A stretch of 64,000 nt of DNA from Gemmatimonadota bacterium (GTDB lineage Bacteria > Gemmatimonadota > Gemmatimonadetes > Palauibacterales > Palauibacteraceae): positions 32,001-96,000 of the forward strand of contig JBHIAV010000001.1 in NCBI GenBank assembly GCA_046758745.1. The letters run 5' to 3'. The notes under the pieces were generated by a model that saw nothing but the letters and a program-made list of their open reading frames with translations, searched no databases and was not told the origin of the DNA. The translations under genes and the position numbers were made by a program. Below, in pieces: positions 29,635 through 37,622 of the stretch. How positions within the stretch are numbered: position 1 is the first letter of the stretch; each line of letters starts with the position of its first letter.

Positions 29635-30936
29635 ATGGCCGAGAACGTGTGCCCGATTCGCGAGCTGCCCCGGCAAGTCGGGGAGACCGTCACCGTGCGC
29701 GGCTGGGTCCGCCAGTTCCGCTCGAGCGGGAAGATCCTGTTCGTGATCCTGCGCGACGGGACGGGCGAGGTACAGGTGGTGGTGGCCCGAAACGAGGTGG
29801 ACGGGGCGAGCTGGGAGGCGGCTGCCGGTCTCGGCTACGAGGCGAGCGTGATCGTCGACGGCGTGGTATGCGAAGACACGCGGGCCCCCGGCGGCGTGGA
29901 GCTCACGGGCACCCGCATCGAGGTCGTCGGCCCGGCCGTCGACTATCCGATTCAGCCGAAGGAGCACGGGATCGACTTCCTGCTGGACCACCGGCACCTG
30001 TGGCTCCGGCACGAGCGCCAGGCGGCGATCATGCGGGTGCGGGACGAGGTGATCCGCGCTATCCGGGACTTCTTCCACCAGCGGGGCTTTATCCTCATCG
30101 ACACGCCGATCCTCACCGGGGCGATCGGCGAGTCCGCCGGGACGCTTTTCGACACGGAGTACTTCGACATGGGGAAGGCGTATCTGGCGCAGACCGGGCA
30201 GCTCTACGCGGAGGCGGCGGCCGCCGCGCTCGGGAAGGTGTACTGCTTCGGCCCGACCTTCCGTGCCGAGAAGTCTAAGACACGTCGGCACCTGACGGAG
30301 TTCTGGATGGTGGAGCCGGAGGTGGCGTGGCTCGACAGCGACGGCAACATGCGGCTGCAGGAGGAGTTCGTCACCTACATCGTCGAGCGAGTGCTCGAGC
30401 GCCAACGCCCACAGCTCGAGACCCTCGGCCGGGACCTCTCGCGTCTGGAAAAGATCCGGCCGCCCTTCGACCGAGTCAGCTACACGGACGCGGTCGAAGG
30501 GCTGCGGGAGCGTGGAAGCGACATCGAATGGGGCGATGACATGGGGGCGGAGGACGAAACGCTCCTTGCAGAGGGGCGGGAGCTCCCGCTGTTCGTGTAC
30601 GATTACCCACGCGAAGCGAAGGCCTTCTACATGAAGGAAAACCCGGCCGACCCCCGCACGGTGAAGTGCGATGACCTCATCGCGCCGGAGGGGTACGGGG
30701 AGATCATCGGCGGCAGTCAGCGCGAGGACGACTACGACAAGCTCGTGGCGAGGATCCGCGAGGAGGGCCTTCCGGAGGAGGCGTACGGGTGGTACCTGGA
30801 CCTGCGCCGGTACGGTACCTTCCCGCACAGCGGCTTCGGCCTCGGCCTCGAGCGCACGGTGAGCTGGATCTGCGGCCTCCCACACCTGCGTGAGGCGATC
30901 CCCTTTCCGCGCCTCATGAACCGCCTCGCCCCGTAG
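29635..30936 (+). CDS. asnS: Asparagine--tRNA ligase
   Basis: OB-fold (LRDGTG), FRAEKSKTRRHLTEFWMVEPE, GEIIGGSQRE, GFGLGLER. Confidence 0.96.
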   Translation: MAENVCPIRELPRQVGETVTVRGWVRQFRSSGKILFVILRDGTGEVQVVVARNEVDGASWEAAAGLGYEASVIVDGVVCEDTRAPGGVELTGTRIEVVGPAVDYPIQPKEHGIDFLLDHRHLWLRHERQAAIMRVRDEVIRAIRDFFHQRGFILIDTPILTGAIGESAGTLFDTEYFDMGKAYLAQTGQLYAEAAAAALGKVYCFGPTFRAEKSKTRRHLTEFWMVEPEVAWLDSDGNMRLQEEFVTYIVERVLERQRPQLETLGRDLSRLEKIRPPFDRVSYTDAVEGLRERGSDIEWGDDMGAEDETLLAEGRELPLFVYDYPREAKAFYMKENPADPRTVKCDDLIAPEGYGEIIGGSQREDDYDKLVARIREEGLPEEAYGWYLDLRRYGTFPHSGFGLGLERTVSWICGLPHLREAIPFPRLMNRLAP

Positions 30937-30952
30937 CGGGACTGCTCGCCCG

Positions 30953-31136
30953 GTAGGCCGAGGGCCAAGCTCGCCGTAGGCGGACAGCTGGGCTTGCGAT
31001 GAGCAGACAGGCGGGATCGCTGTAGGCAGAGAGCCCGATTTGCTCGTAGGCAGACAGCTCGGCCTATCGTAAGCAGACAGCCAAGCTTGTGGTGGGCGGA
31101 CGGGCAACGTCCGGTAGGCCGACGGCCAAGCTCGCT
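30953..31136 (+). repeat. Degenerate tandem array of eight ~23-nt units, core GTAGGCAGACAG
   Basis: Units start at 30953, 30976, 30999, 31022, 31046, 31069, 31092 and 31114. Confidence 0.85.
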
Positions 31137-31152
31137 CCGATCCCCGTCCGGC

Positions 31153-31180
31153 TGCAACTTTCTTCTCAGCTGCGCCGTAT
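31153..31180 (+). promoter_or_regulatory. Putative ECF-sigma promoter
   Basis: TGCAAC-N17-CGTAT (AAC/CGT ECF signature) 23 nt before the small ORF. Confidence 0.5.
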
Positions 31181-31203
31181 CAGGGTGCGAAAGGAGGGCT
31201 CAC

Positions 31204-31476
31204 ATGGAGGAGCTGCTGTGGCTCGCCCTCACCGGTGGGGCGTCCGCGTTCGGTTATTTCAAGACGAGGGCTTTCGTGCGGGAGCGTCTGCGCTTCGTGG
31301 ATGTGGCCCACAGGGGGGCGGCGCCGGTGATCGCCGGCGCGCTGGCCGCGCTCGTGGCATCGCCACTCGCCCTCCTCCCGGTGATCAACGGGGCGAGCGC
31401 GCTTCTGTTCGGCGTGGGGGTGGGGCTGGGGGCGCGGAAGGGAACCCGGGACGTGAAGCGGATCACCGGGAGCTGA
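31204..31476 (+). CDS. Small (90 aa) hypothetical membrane protein
   Basis: SD AAGGAGG before the ATG; three hydrophobic Gly/Ala-rich segments; fills the intergenic space. Confidence 0.8.
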   Translation: MEELLWLALTGGASAFGYFKTRAFVRERLRFVDVAHRGAAPVIAGALAALVASPLALLPVINGASALLFGVGVGLGARKGTRDVKRITGS

Positions 31477-31499
31477 ACGGCCGAGCCCTCGCGCGCCCG

Positions 31500-32360
31500 C
31501 TACGTCCCGTCTTCCATCTTCGTCCGCTCCCACAGGGCGTCCAGCGTCTCGAGCGAAGTCTCCGCCGGGTCGATCCCGCTCTCTCGCGCCAGCTCCACAA
31601 CGCGCCGGAATCGCCGAGCGAACTTGTCCGTCGCGCGCTCGAGCGCCACCGATGGATGAACCCCGGCGAGCCGTGCCACGTTGACGGCCGTGAACAGCAG
31701 GTCACCGACCTCCTCCAGGGTTTCGCGGCTCGACTCCGCGTGCGATCCATCCGGGGGATCGGTCGCCCCTGCGGCCGCGGCGAGAAGTCTCTCCAGCTCT
31801 TCCGTCTCCTCGCGCAGCTTCTCCAGCGCGCCGCTCGCCTCCGGCCAGTCGAAGTTGAGGGCGGCCGCCCGCTCCTGGAACCGTGCGGCCCGGCTCAGTG
31901 CCTCCAGGGCGTTCGGGACGCCGGCAAAGGGATCCTGTGTGCGCCCCCGCCGCTCTTGCGCCTTGAGGGCCTCCCACTCGCGGGGCTCGGTCCCCTCGCC
32001 GTACACGTGAGGGTGTCGCTCCCGCATCTTCCGCTCGAGAACGGAGACGACGGCATCGGCCTCGAACGCCCCCCGCTCCTCGGCGAGGACGATCTGGAAG
32101 GCGACGTTGAGGAGTAGGTCACCGAGCTCGCGCAGAAGCTCGTCCTCGTCGCCTTTGCGAATCGCCTCGGCGACCTCGTGCGCCTCTTCGAGGAGATAAG
32201 GCCGGAGGGTCTCGGGCGTCTGCTTCGCATCCCACTGACAGCGGGCGCGCAGGAAGCGAACGAGGGCCAGGCTCCGTCCGAGCGCCGCGTCCCCGGCCCG
32301 GTCGGAGCCAGCGCGCGGCGCCCCTCCGGAAGGGCGGAAAGCTTGTTGCTCGGCGCACAT
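31500..32360 (-). CDS. mazG: Nucleoside triphosphate pyrophosphohydrolase MazG
   Basis: CQWDAKQT, LLEEAHE, ELGDLL, RHPHVY and second domain EEVGDLLF. Confidence 0.95.
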   Translation of the reverse strand: MCAEQQAFRPSGGAPRAGSDRAGDAALGRSLALVRFLRARCQWDAKQTPETLRPYLLEEAHEVAEAIRKGDEDELLRELGDLLLNVAFQIVLAEERGAFEADAVVSVLERKMRERHPHVYGEGTEPREWEALKAQERRGRTQDPFAGVPNALEALSRAARFQERAAALNFDWPEASGALEKLREETEELERLLAAAAGATDPPDGSHAESSRETLEEVGDLLFTAVNVARLAGVHPSVALERATDKFARRFRRVVELARESGIDPAETSLETLDALWERTKMEDGT

Positions 32361-32399
32361 ACGGCCGGTATACTATGCCGGCCTTGAAAACGGTGTCAA
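32346..32399. promoter_or_regulatory. Overlapping divergent sigma70 promoters for mazG and alr
   Basis: Plus: TTGCTC-N17-TATACT(32369-74). Minus: TTGACA(32399-94)-N18-TAGTAT(32375-70). Confidence 0.65.
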
Positions 32400-33574
32400 T
32401 CGAAGCGACGCGGCGCGCCTGGGTGGAGGTCGACCCGGCGGCGCTGGGGCGGAACGGCCGGACGCTCGTCGCGCGTCTGCGACCGGGCTGCCGACTCCTC
32501 CCCATGATCAAGGCGGATGGGTACGGGCTGGGTGCGGAGCGGGCGATGCGGGCTCTCGAGCCGCTCGACCCGTGGGGGTTCGGGGTGGCGACCGTCGAGG
32601 AGGGAGTGGCCCTCCGCCGGTCCGGGTGGTTGGGCCGCGTGATCGTGTTCACGCCGTGCGCGCCGATGGACGCCGCCGCGATGGTTCGGGAGCGCCTCGA
32701 GCCCGTGGTGACGGAGATCGCCGCCCTCAAGGTGTACGGAGAGGCGGCCGCCGCCACGGCTCGGACGCTCTCGCTGCATCTGGAGATCGACACGGGGATG
32801 GGCCGGTCGGGACCGGCGTGGAATCGGGCCGGGAGTTGGGCCCGTGAGCTGAGGGCGGCCCTCGCCGAGCTCCCACTCGAACTGGCGAGCACGTTCACGC
32901 ACTTCCACTCGGCCGCCGAGGATGAGGACGCGACGCGGGAGCAGTGGCGGAGGTACCGCGACGCCCTCGTGGAGCTGAAGCGCGCGGGGATCGAGAGGGT
33001 TCCCTCCCACGCCTGCAACAGCGCCGCGATCCTGCGGTTTTCGGAGATGCACGCCGATGTCGTGCGCCCGGGGATCTTCCTGTACGGTGGACGTTGCGGC
33101 GGAGCTCGACCGGAGCCGGTGGCCGCCGTGCGGGCGCGCGTCCTGTGCGTGAGCCGGGCGGGGGAGGGAACTACGGTGAGCTACGGCGCCACGTACCGGA
33201 CACCGGGCCCCGCCCGGCTCGCGACCCTGGCGATCGGCTATGCAGACGGCCTTCGTCGCGAGCTTTCGAACCGCGGGTACGCGATCCTGAGAGGGAGACG
33301 GGCCCCGATCCGGGGCGACGTGTGCATGGATTCGATCGTGGTCGACGTTACCGGGATCGACGGGGTCCGCTCGGGGGATGTGGCCACCATCCTCGGCCGG
33401 GACGGGGCGGAGGAGATCGGGCTGGAGGAGATGGCGAGGTGGTGCGAGACGATCGACTACGAGATCCTGACGGGCTGGTCGAGCCGGCTCCCGAGGATCG
33501 AGGCGCCTGTGGGTGAGAACGGGACCGCGAGCGCGGATGAAGGCCGGGGCTCATCCGGCGTCCCACGAGGATGA
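32384..33574 (+). CDS. alr: Alanine racemase (TTG at 32384 preferred over ATG at 32375)
   Basis: IKADGYGLG (PLP lysine), DTGMGR, VRPGIFLYG, SYGATY, GYADG, CMD. Confidence 0.95.
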   Translation: MKTVSIEATRRAWVEVDPAALGRNGRTLVARLRPGCRLLPMIKADGYGLGAERAMRALEPLDPWGFGVATVEEGVALRRSGWLGRVIVFTPCAPMDAAAMVRERLEPVVTEIAALKVYGEAAAATARTLSLHLEIDTGMGRSGPAWNRAGSWARELRAALAELPLELASTFTHFHSAAEDEDATREQWRRYRDALVELKRAGIERVPSHACNSAAILRFSEMHADVVRPGIFLYGGRCGGARPEPVAAVRARVLCVSRAGEGTTVSYGATYRTPGPARLATLAIGYADGLRRELSNRGYAILRGRRAPIRGDVCMDSIVVDVTGIDGVRSGDVATILGRDGAEEIGLEEMARWCETIDYEILTGWSSRLPRIEAPVGENGTASADEGRGSSGVPRG

Positions 33575-34083
33575 CCGGTCGCACCGAGAGCTCGCCGTGG
33601 GCCGCGCTCCGGGAGGCCGCTCGCTCCTCCATGGAGCAGGCGTATGCGCCGTATTCAGGCTACCGCGTCGGTGCCGCGCTCGAGGCGCAAGACGGCCGCC
33701 GGTTCGGCGGGTGCAACGTGGAGAACGCCTCCTATCCGGTCACCATGTGCGCCGAGAGGGTGGCCCTGGGGGCCGCGGTGCGGGCGGGAGCGCGCCGGTT
33801 CCGGAGGCTGTACATCTGCGTGAGCGGGGAGCGTCCCGCCTCACCGTGCGGGATGTGCCGGCAGGCGCTCGCGGAATTCGGGCTCGGGCTGGAGGTGAGG
33901 AGCGAGGGCGCCTCCGGTGAAACGATGCACTGGACGCTGGGTGACCTCCTGCCGGGCGCCTTCGCTTTCGAGCCGTCCGTCGGGCGGGCCGCGGAGGCAC
34001 GGTCAGGGAAGGCGGAGCGTCCCGACGCCACCGAGACAGACGGTCCCCTCGGCGAACCCCGGCCGGAGAAGGACCGTCGGTGA
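33571..34083 (+). CDS. cdd: Cytidine deaminase (homotetrameric type)
   Basis: AYAPYS, GCNVENASY, CAER, PCGMCRQ. Confidence 0.95.
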   Translation: MTGRTESSPWAALREAARSSMEQAYAPYSGYRVGAALEAQDGRRFGGCNVENASYPVTMCAERVALGAAVRAGARRFRRLYICVSGERPASPCGMCRQALAEFGLGLEVRSEGASGETMHWTLGDLLPGAFAFEPSVGRAAEARSGKAERPDATETDGPLGEPRPEKDRR

Positions 34084-35336
34084 CGGCGAGGCTCGCCGCG
34101 CTCGCGGCTGTCCTCCTCGCCTCGGAAGTGGCCGGCTGCACCGAGGAGGCTCTCACGGACGTCCCGCCGGACGCCGTGCCGGGAGAGGGCGCCGAGACCG
34201 TCGAGCTCCGGCTCCGCGCCTCGGAGCTCCCGCAGTGGGATGATACCACCTTCTCCGGCTTCAGCACACCGAGCGATGCGGGCATCCTGGTCGCCGCCGC
34301 CGACTCGACGCTCCAGGCACGCATCCTCGGACGCTTCTCGAACATTCCCGACAGCGTTCAGATCGACACCGTTCGCCGGGCCGTCCTCGAGTTCGACAGC
34401 GCCTCCATCCGCCTCGTGCTGGACACGGCGCAGTCGGTCTTCACGGATTCGGCCACGGCTTTGCGGGTGGAGGTTCGTGCCCTCGCCCGCCGCTTCGAGG
34501 CGCGAGAGGCCACCTGGACGGAGGCCGCCAGGGGTGAGTCCTGGTCGACGCCGGGCGGCGACCTCGGCGCTCTGCTGGGTGAGCGGCAGCTCGAAGGACG
34601 TGCGGACACGGTGCGCCTCGCCCTCGACGCGGTGGATGTCGATTCCCTCCTCGTGGCTTGGCGGGACGGCGGGGGCGGGCCGGGGATCGCCGTCGTGGTG
34701 GGCGGGCCGGCCGGCCGGCTCGGCGCGACGAACCTGGCCATCCGGATGCGCGCCCGGCTCGAAGGCATCGACTCCCTCTTCACGGTGCTTCGCTCGGCGA
34801 GCGCCAGCACCTTCATCTTCGATCCCCCTCGCCCTGCGGCCGGCCTTTCGCTCCGAGTAGCCGGGCTCCCGTCATCACGTGCCTACGTTCGCTTCACACC
34901 CCCGGAGCGGGTCGGTAGCCTCAAGATTCGCGGTTCGACGATCAACCGCGCGGAGATCCTCCTCCGACCCCTTCCGCCCTCGCCGGATCCGTACGCGCTG
35001 GATCGAGTGATCTCCTCCAGCGTGTTCCGGCTGCTCGCGGATCCGTTCGTCCTAGGGGCGAAGACACCCATCGGCGCCGCCCTCGGGCTGCCCCGCGCTC
35101 TAGATCCGGACTCGCTGGAGGCCGGGGAGCCGCTCGTGTTCGATGTGACCCAGCTGTTGGCGGAGTGGGCCGAAGCCGATCCGGCCTCGCTCGTCCAGCT
35201 CTTTGTCGGCTTCCGGTCGCTACCGGAGGGCGGAGGACTCGGTCTGTGGGACTTCGGTTCCGTCGAGGGGCCGGTCGATGTCGAGCCCGTGCTCCGGATG
35301 CTCGTGACGCCCTCCACCCCCTTCCGGCTGCCGTGA
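34080..35336 (+). CDS. Hypothetical lipoprotein
   Basis: Lipobox VAG|C after a hydrophobic core; GTGA overlaps with both neighbours. Confidence 0.8.
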   Translation: MTARLAALAAVLLASEVAGCTEEALTDVPPDAVPGEGAETVELRLRASELPQWDDTTFSGFSTPSDAGILVAAADSTLQARILGRFSNIPDSVQIDTVRRAVLEFDSASIRLVLDTAQSVFTDSATALRVEVRALARRFEAREATWTEAARGESWSTPGGDLGALLGERQLEGRADTVRLALDAVDVDSLLVAWRDGGGGPGIAVVVGGPAGRLGATNLAIRMRARLEGIDSLFTVLRSASASTFIFDPPRPAAGLSLRVAGLPSSRAYVRFTPPERVGSLKIRGSTINRAEILLRPLPPSPDPYALDRVISSSVFRLLADPFVLGAKTPIGAALGLPRALDPDSLEAGEPLVFDVTQLLAEWAEADPASLVQLFVGFRSLPEGGGLGLWDFGSVEGPVDVEPVLRMLVTPSTPFRLP

Positions 35337-36538
35337 TCCGCGCCGCGTCGTCCCCTCGCTTTGAACTCCTGCCCCTGGCGCCGAGGGCGATCGCGCGCTT
35401 GGCAGGCCTGCTGGCCGCCTTCGCCGGCCCCACCGTCGCGCCAGCGCAGACGCCCGTCACCTCGCTCGGGTTGGGGTACCCGGTGGCGCCGTTGGATGCG
35501 CGGGCCGCCGCTCTCGGAGGAACGGGGGTGGGGCTCATGGGAGCGTCCCTCTCCTTCCGAAATCCCGCCGACCTCGTCGAGTTCCGTTCCCCGATCCTCG
35601 GCTTCACCGCCGTGCCCGAGGACGTCGACGTCCGGAGAGCCGGCGGCGAGGAACCCACGGGCCGCAGCCGCTTCTCCCTCCTGCGTGGCGTGGTGCCGCT
35701 CGGGAGGTGGGCGTTTTCCATCGGGTTCGGCTCCGAGCTCGACCAGGATTGGAGCGTGCGTTTCCTGGACACCCTCGACAGCTCGATCGGACGCTTCCCG
35801 TTCGTGGAGAGCCGGGAGCACGATGGCGGGATCAGCTTCGTCGATGTCTCCCTTGCGCGGCAGTTCGGACCGATCTCCCTCGGCGGCTCCTACGAGCGGC
35901 TCAGCGGCACGCAGAGGCAGGCGTTCGAGCGCCGCTTCGAGCCGGACCTGGAAGCCGGCCTGATCATCGGCAATGTGGACGAGGCGACGGTGTGGAGCTT
36001 CACCTCATGGCGCCTGCGGGGCGGATTGGGTATCGCCGTCGGTCGCTGGCTGCGCCTCGGCGGCGCTTTCACCTGGACGAGCGATCTACAGGCCGAGAGG
36101 CGCGACCCCGATGAGGTGCGCCGCTTCTCCCTCCCGACCGCCTTCGAGGTGGGACTCAGCCTCCGGCCGACGGAACGGTTGCTCCTCGCTGCCGGGGGAG
36201 GGTGGGCAAACTGGTCCACCACCGCCGGCCGCCTCGGGGACGACGGTGCGGAGGATACCCTGTGGGGGGGCGGCGGGATCGAGTACACCGGCGTGCGGCT
36301 CGGACGCAGTGTGGTGCCGCTTCGGGTCGGCGCCCGCTTCACCGATCTACCGTTCTTCCCGCGCGGAGCGGCGCAGCTCTCCGAGACGGCCTTCGGGTTC
36401 GGTACGGGGATAGGAGTGGCCGGGGGACGGGCCGTCCTCGATCTCGCTGTGGAGTTCGGGAGCCGGGGCGACCTGGCCGACTCCGGCGTCGAGGAGGGCT
36501 TCCGGCGCTTCGCGATCTCTTTCGCCGTCCGCCAGTAG
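35333..36538 (+). CDS. Putative outer-membrane beta-barrel (FadL/OmpP1-like)
   Basis: Signal peptide APA|Q, AAALGG...NPA hatch-like motif, alternating amphipathic strands, terminal FAISFAVRQ. Confidence 0.7.
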   Translation: MIRAASSPRFELLPLAPRAIARLAGLLAAFAGPTVAPAQTPVTSLGLGYPVAPLDARAAALGGTGVGLMGASLSFRNPADLVEFRSPILGFTAVPEDVDVRRAGGEEPTGRSRFSLLRGVVPLGRWAFSIGFGSELDQDWSVRFLDTLDSSIGRFPFVESREHDGGISFVDVSLARQFGPISLGGSYERLSGTQRQAFERRFEPDLEAGLIIGNVDEATVWSFTSWRLRGGLGIAVGRWLRLGGAFTWTSDLQAERRDPDEVRRFSLPTAFEVGLSLRPTERLLLAAGGGWANWSTTAGRLGDDGAEDTLWGGGGIEYTGVRLGRSVVPLRVGARFTDLPFFPRGAAQLSETAFGFGTGIGVAGGRAVLDLAVEFGSRGDLADSGVEEGFRRFAISFAVRQ

Positions 36539-37345
36539 ACGGGCGCGCCGCCCCGGGGCCCGGCCTCGGCCGGCGCTGCGGCTCGACAGCTCCTTCCATC
36601 GCTCTTCGCGTACCGGTTCGCCCAGCGCCGCCAGGAGCTCCCTCTCCAGCAGCTCCGGGTGGCTCACCGGCCAATCGTGGCCGTGGTCGACCGTGCGGAC
36701 GGAAAAGGCCCCCGCCGGCAAGATCGCCAGATACGCGTCGCTCTCACGCCGGCGATACAGGTGATCGTGCGTCGCCAGCAGCACGAGTCCGGACGGCGCT
36801 GTCGGCGGGTACCGCTCCGCCGTGGTTCGGAGGATCTCGGTGACGGCGGGAAAGAGGCAGCGCGGGCGGGAGAGCGCCGTGCCGACGTAGTCGCACATGA
36901 TCCCCCACGCCCAGCCGATCGCCCGCCGGCCCTCGAGGCCCAGGTATTCCCGGAGCTGAAGGGCCGCCGCCCTCGTTACCTGTGCGGTCCACCCGGCCGG
37001 GATCGGCACCGTCGGCGCGAGAGCGATGGCGGGGCGGGTGCCGAGGAGCGCGAGGAAGCCGCCGAACGAATGCCCCGCCCGCGGAGCCTCCGGCGCGTAA
37101 CGGGCCGCCAGCTCCTCGGCGAGCGCCCGGTAGCCGGCCACCCCCTCCGGGAGCCTCCCGTGCGTCCGGAAGGAGAGATCGGGGATGAAGACGGTGAGAT
37201 GCCGCGCGAGCCGGCGAAGACCCTCCCGGTAGTAGATGGGATGGGCACCCAACCCCGGGAGAAAGATGAGAGGCCGGTCGGCCTCTCCCCACACCTCGAT
37301 CGGTATTCGGAGACCGTCGAACGGCAGCTCCGCCTGCCTGAGCAT
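36347..37345 (-). CDS. Alpha/beta hydrolase fold protein
   Basis: FLPGLG, nucleophile elbow GHSFGG and C-terminal GHDW; the 3' tail overlaps the convergent barrel gene. Confidence 0.8.
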   Translation of the reverse strand: MLRQAELPFDGLRIPIEVWGEADRPLIFLPGLGAHPIYYREGLRRLARHLTVFIPDLSFRTHGRLPEGVAGYRALAEELAARYAPEAPRAGHSFGGFLALLGTRPAIALAPTVPIPAGWTAQVTRAAALQLREYLGLEGRRAIGWAWGIMCDYVGTALSRPRCLFPAVTEILRTTAERYPPTAPSGLVLLATHDHLYRRRESDAYLAILPAGAFSVRTVDHGHDWPVSHPELLERELLAALGEPVREERWKELSSRSAGRGRAPGRRARLLADGERDREAPEALLDAGVGQVAPAPELHSEIEDGPSPGHSYPRTEPEGRLGELRRSAREER

Positions 37346-37351
37346 CCCCCG

Positions 37352-37380
37352 ATGCTACCGCCGTGGGCGGAGAGCGGCAA
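37352..37380 (-). promoter_or_regulatory. Promoter predicting a leaderless hydrolase mRNA
   Basis: TTGCCG-N17-TAGCAT-N6-ATG. Confidence 0.55.
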
Positions 37381-37622
37381 TCGAGAGAAGTCTGGCCCGC
37401 CTCCCGCCCGCCTCGCTAGCTTGATGCCTCACCCGGACCTCGGCTGGCGAGCCTTCGGCCCGCGGTCGCGCCGGCCGGCACGCGGTCCATCATGTGCAGC
37501 CGATTCGGCCGCTCGGGCGGGTCGGGAGCCGGCTGCCGCGGAAGCCGCGCGCGTTGGCGGACGGGAGGGATTGAGAGCGAGTTGAGAGAGGCGCGTAGCT
37601 CCGGCTGGAAGGGCGGAAACGA

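Noticed and set aside
30953..31136. CRISPR array interpretation of the 23-nt repeats
   Set aside because: The whole unit is only ~23 nt, the cores are degenerate, the 10-12-nt tails are partly related, and no cas genes are present
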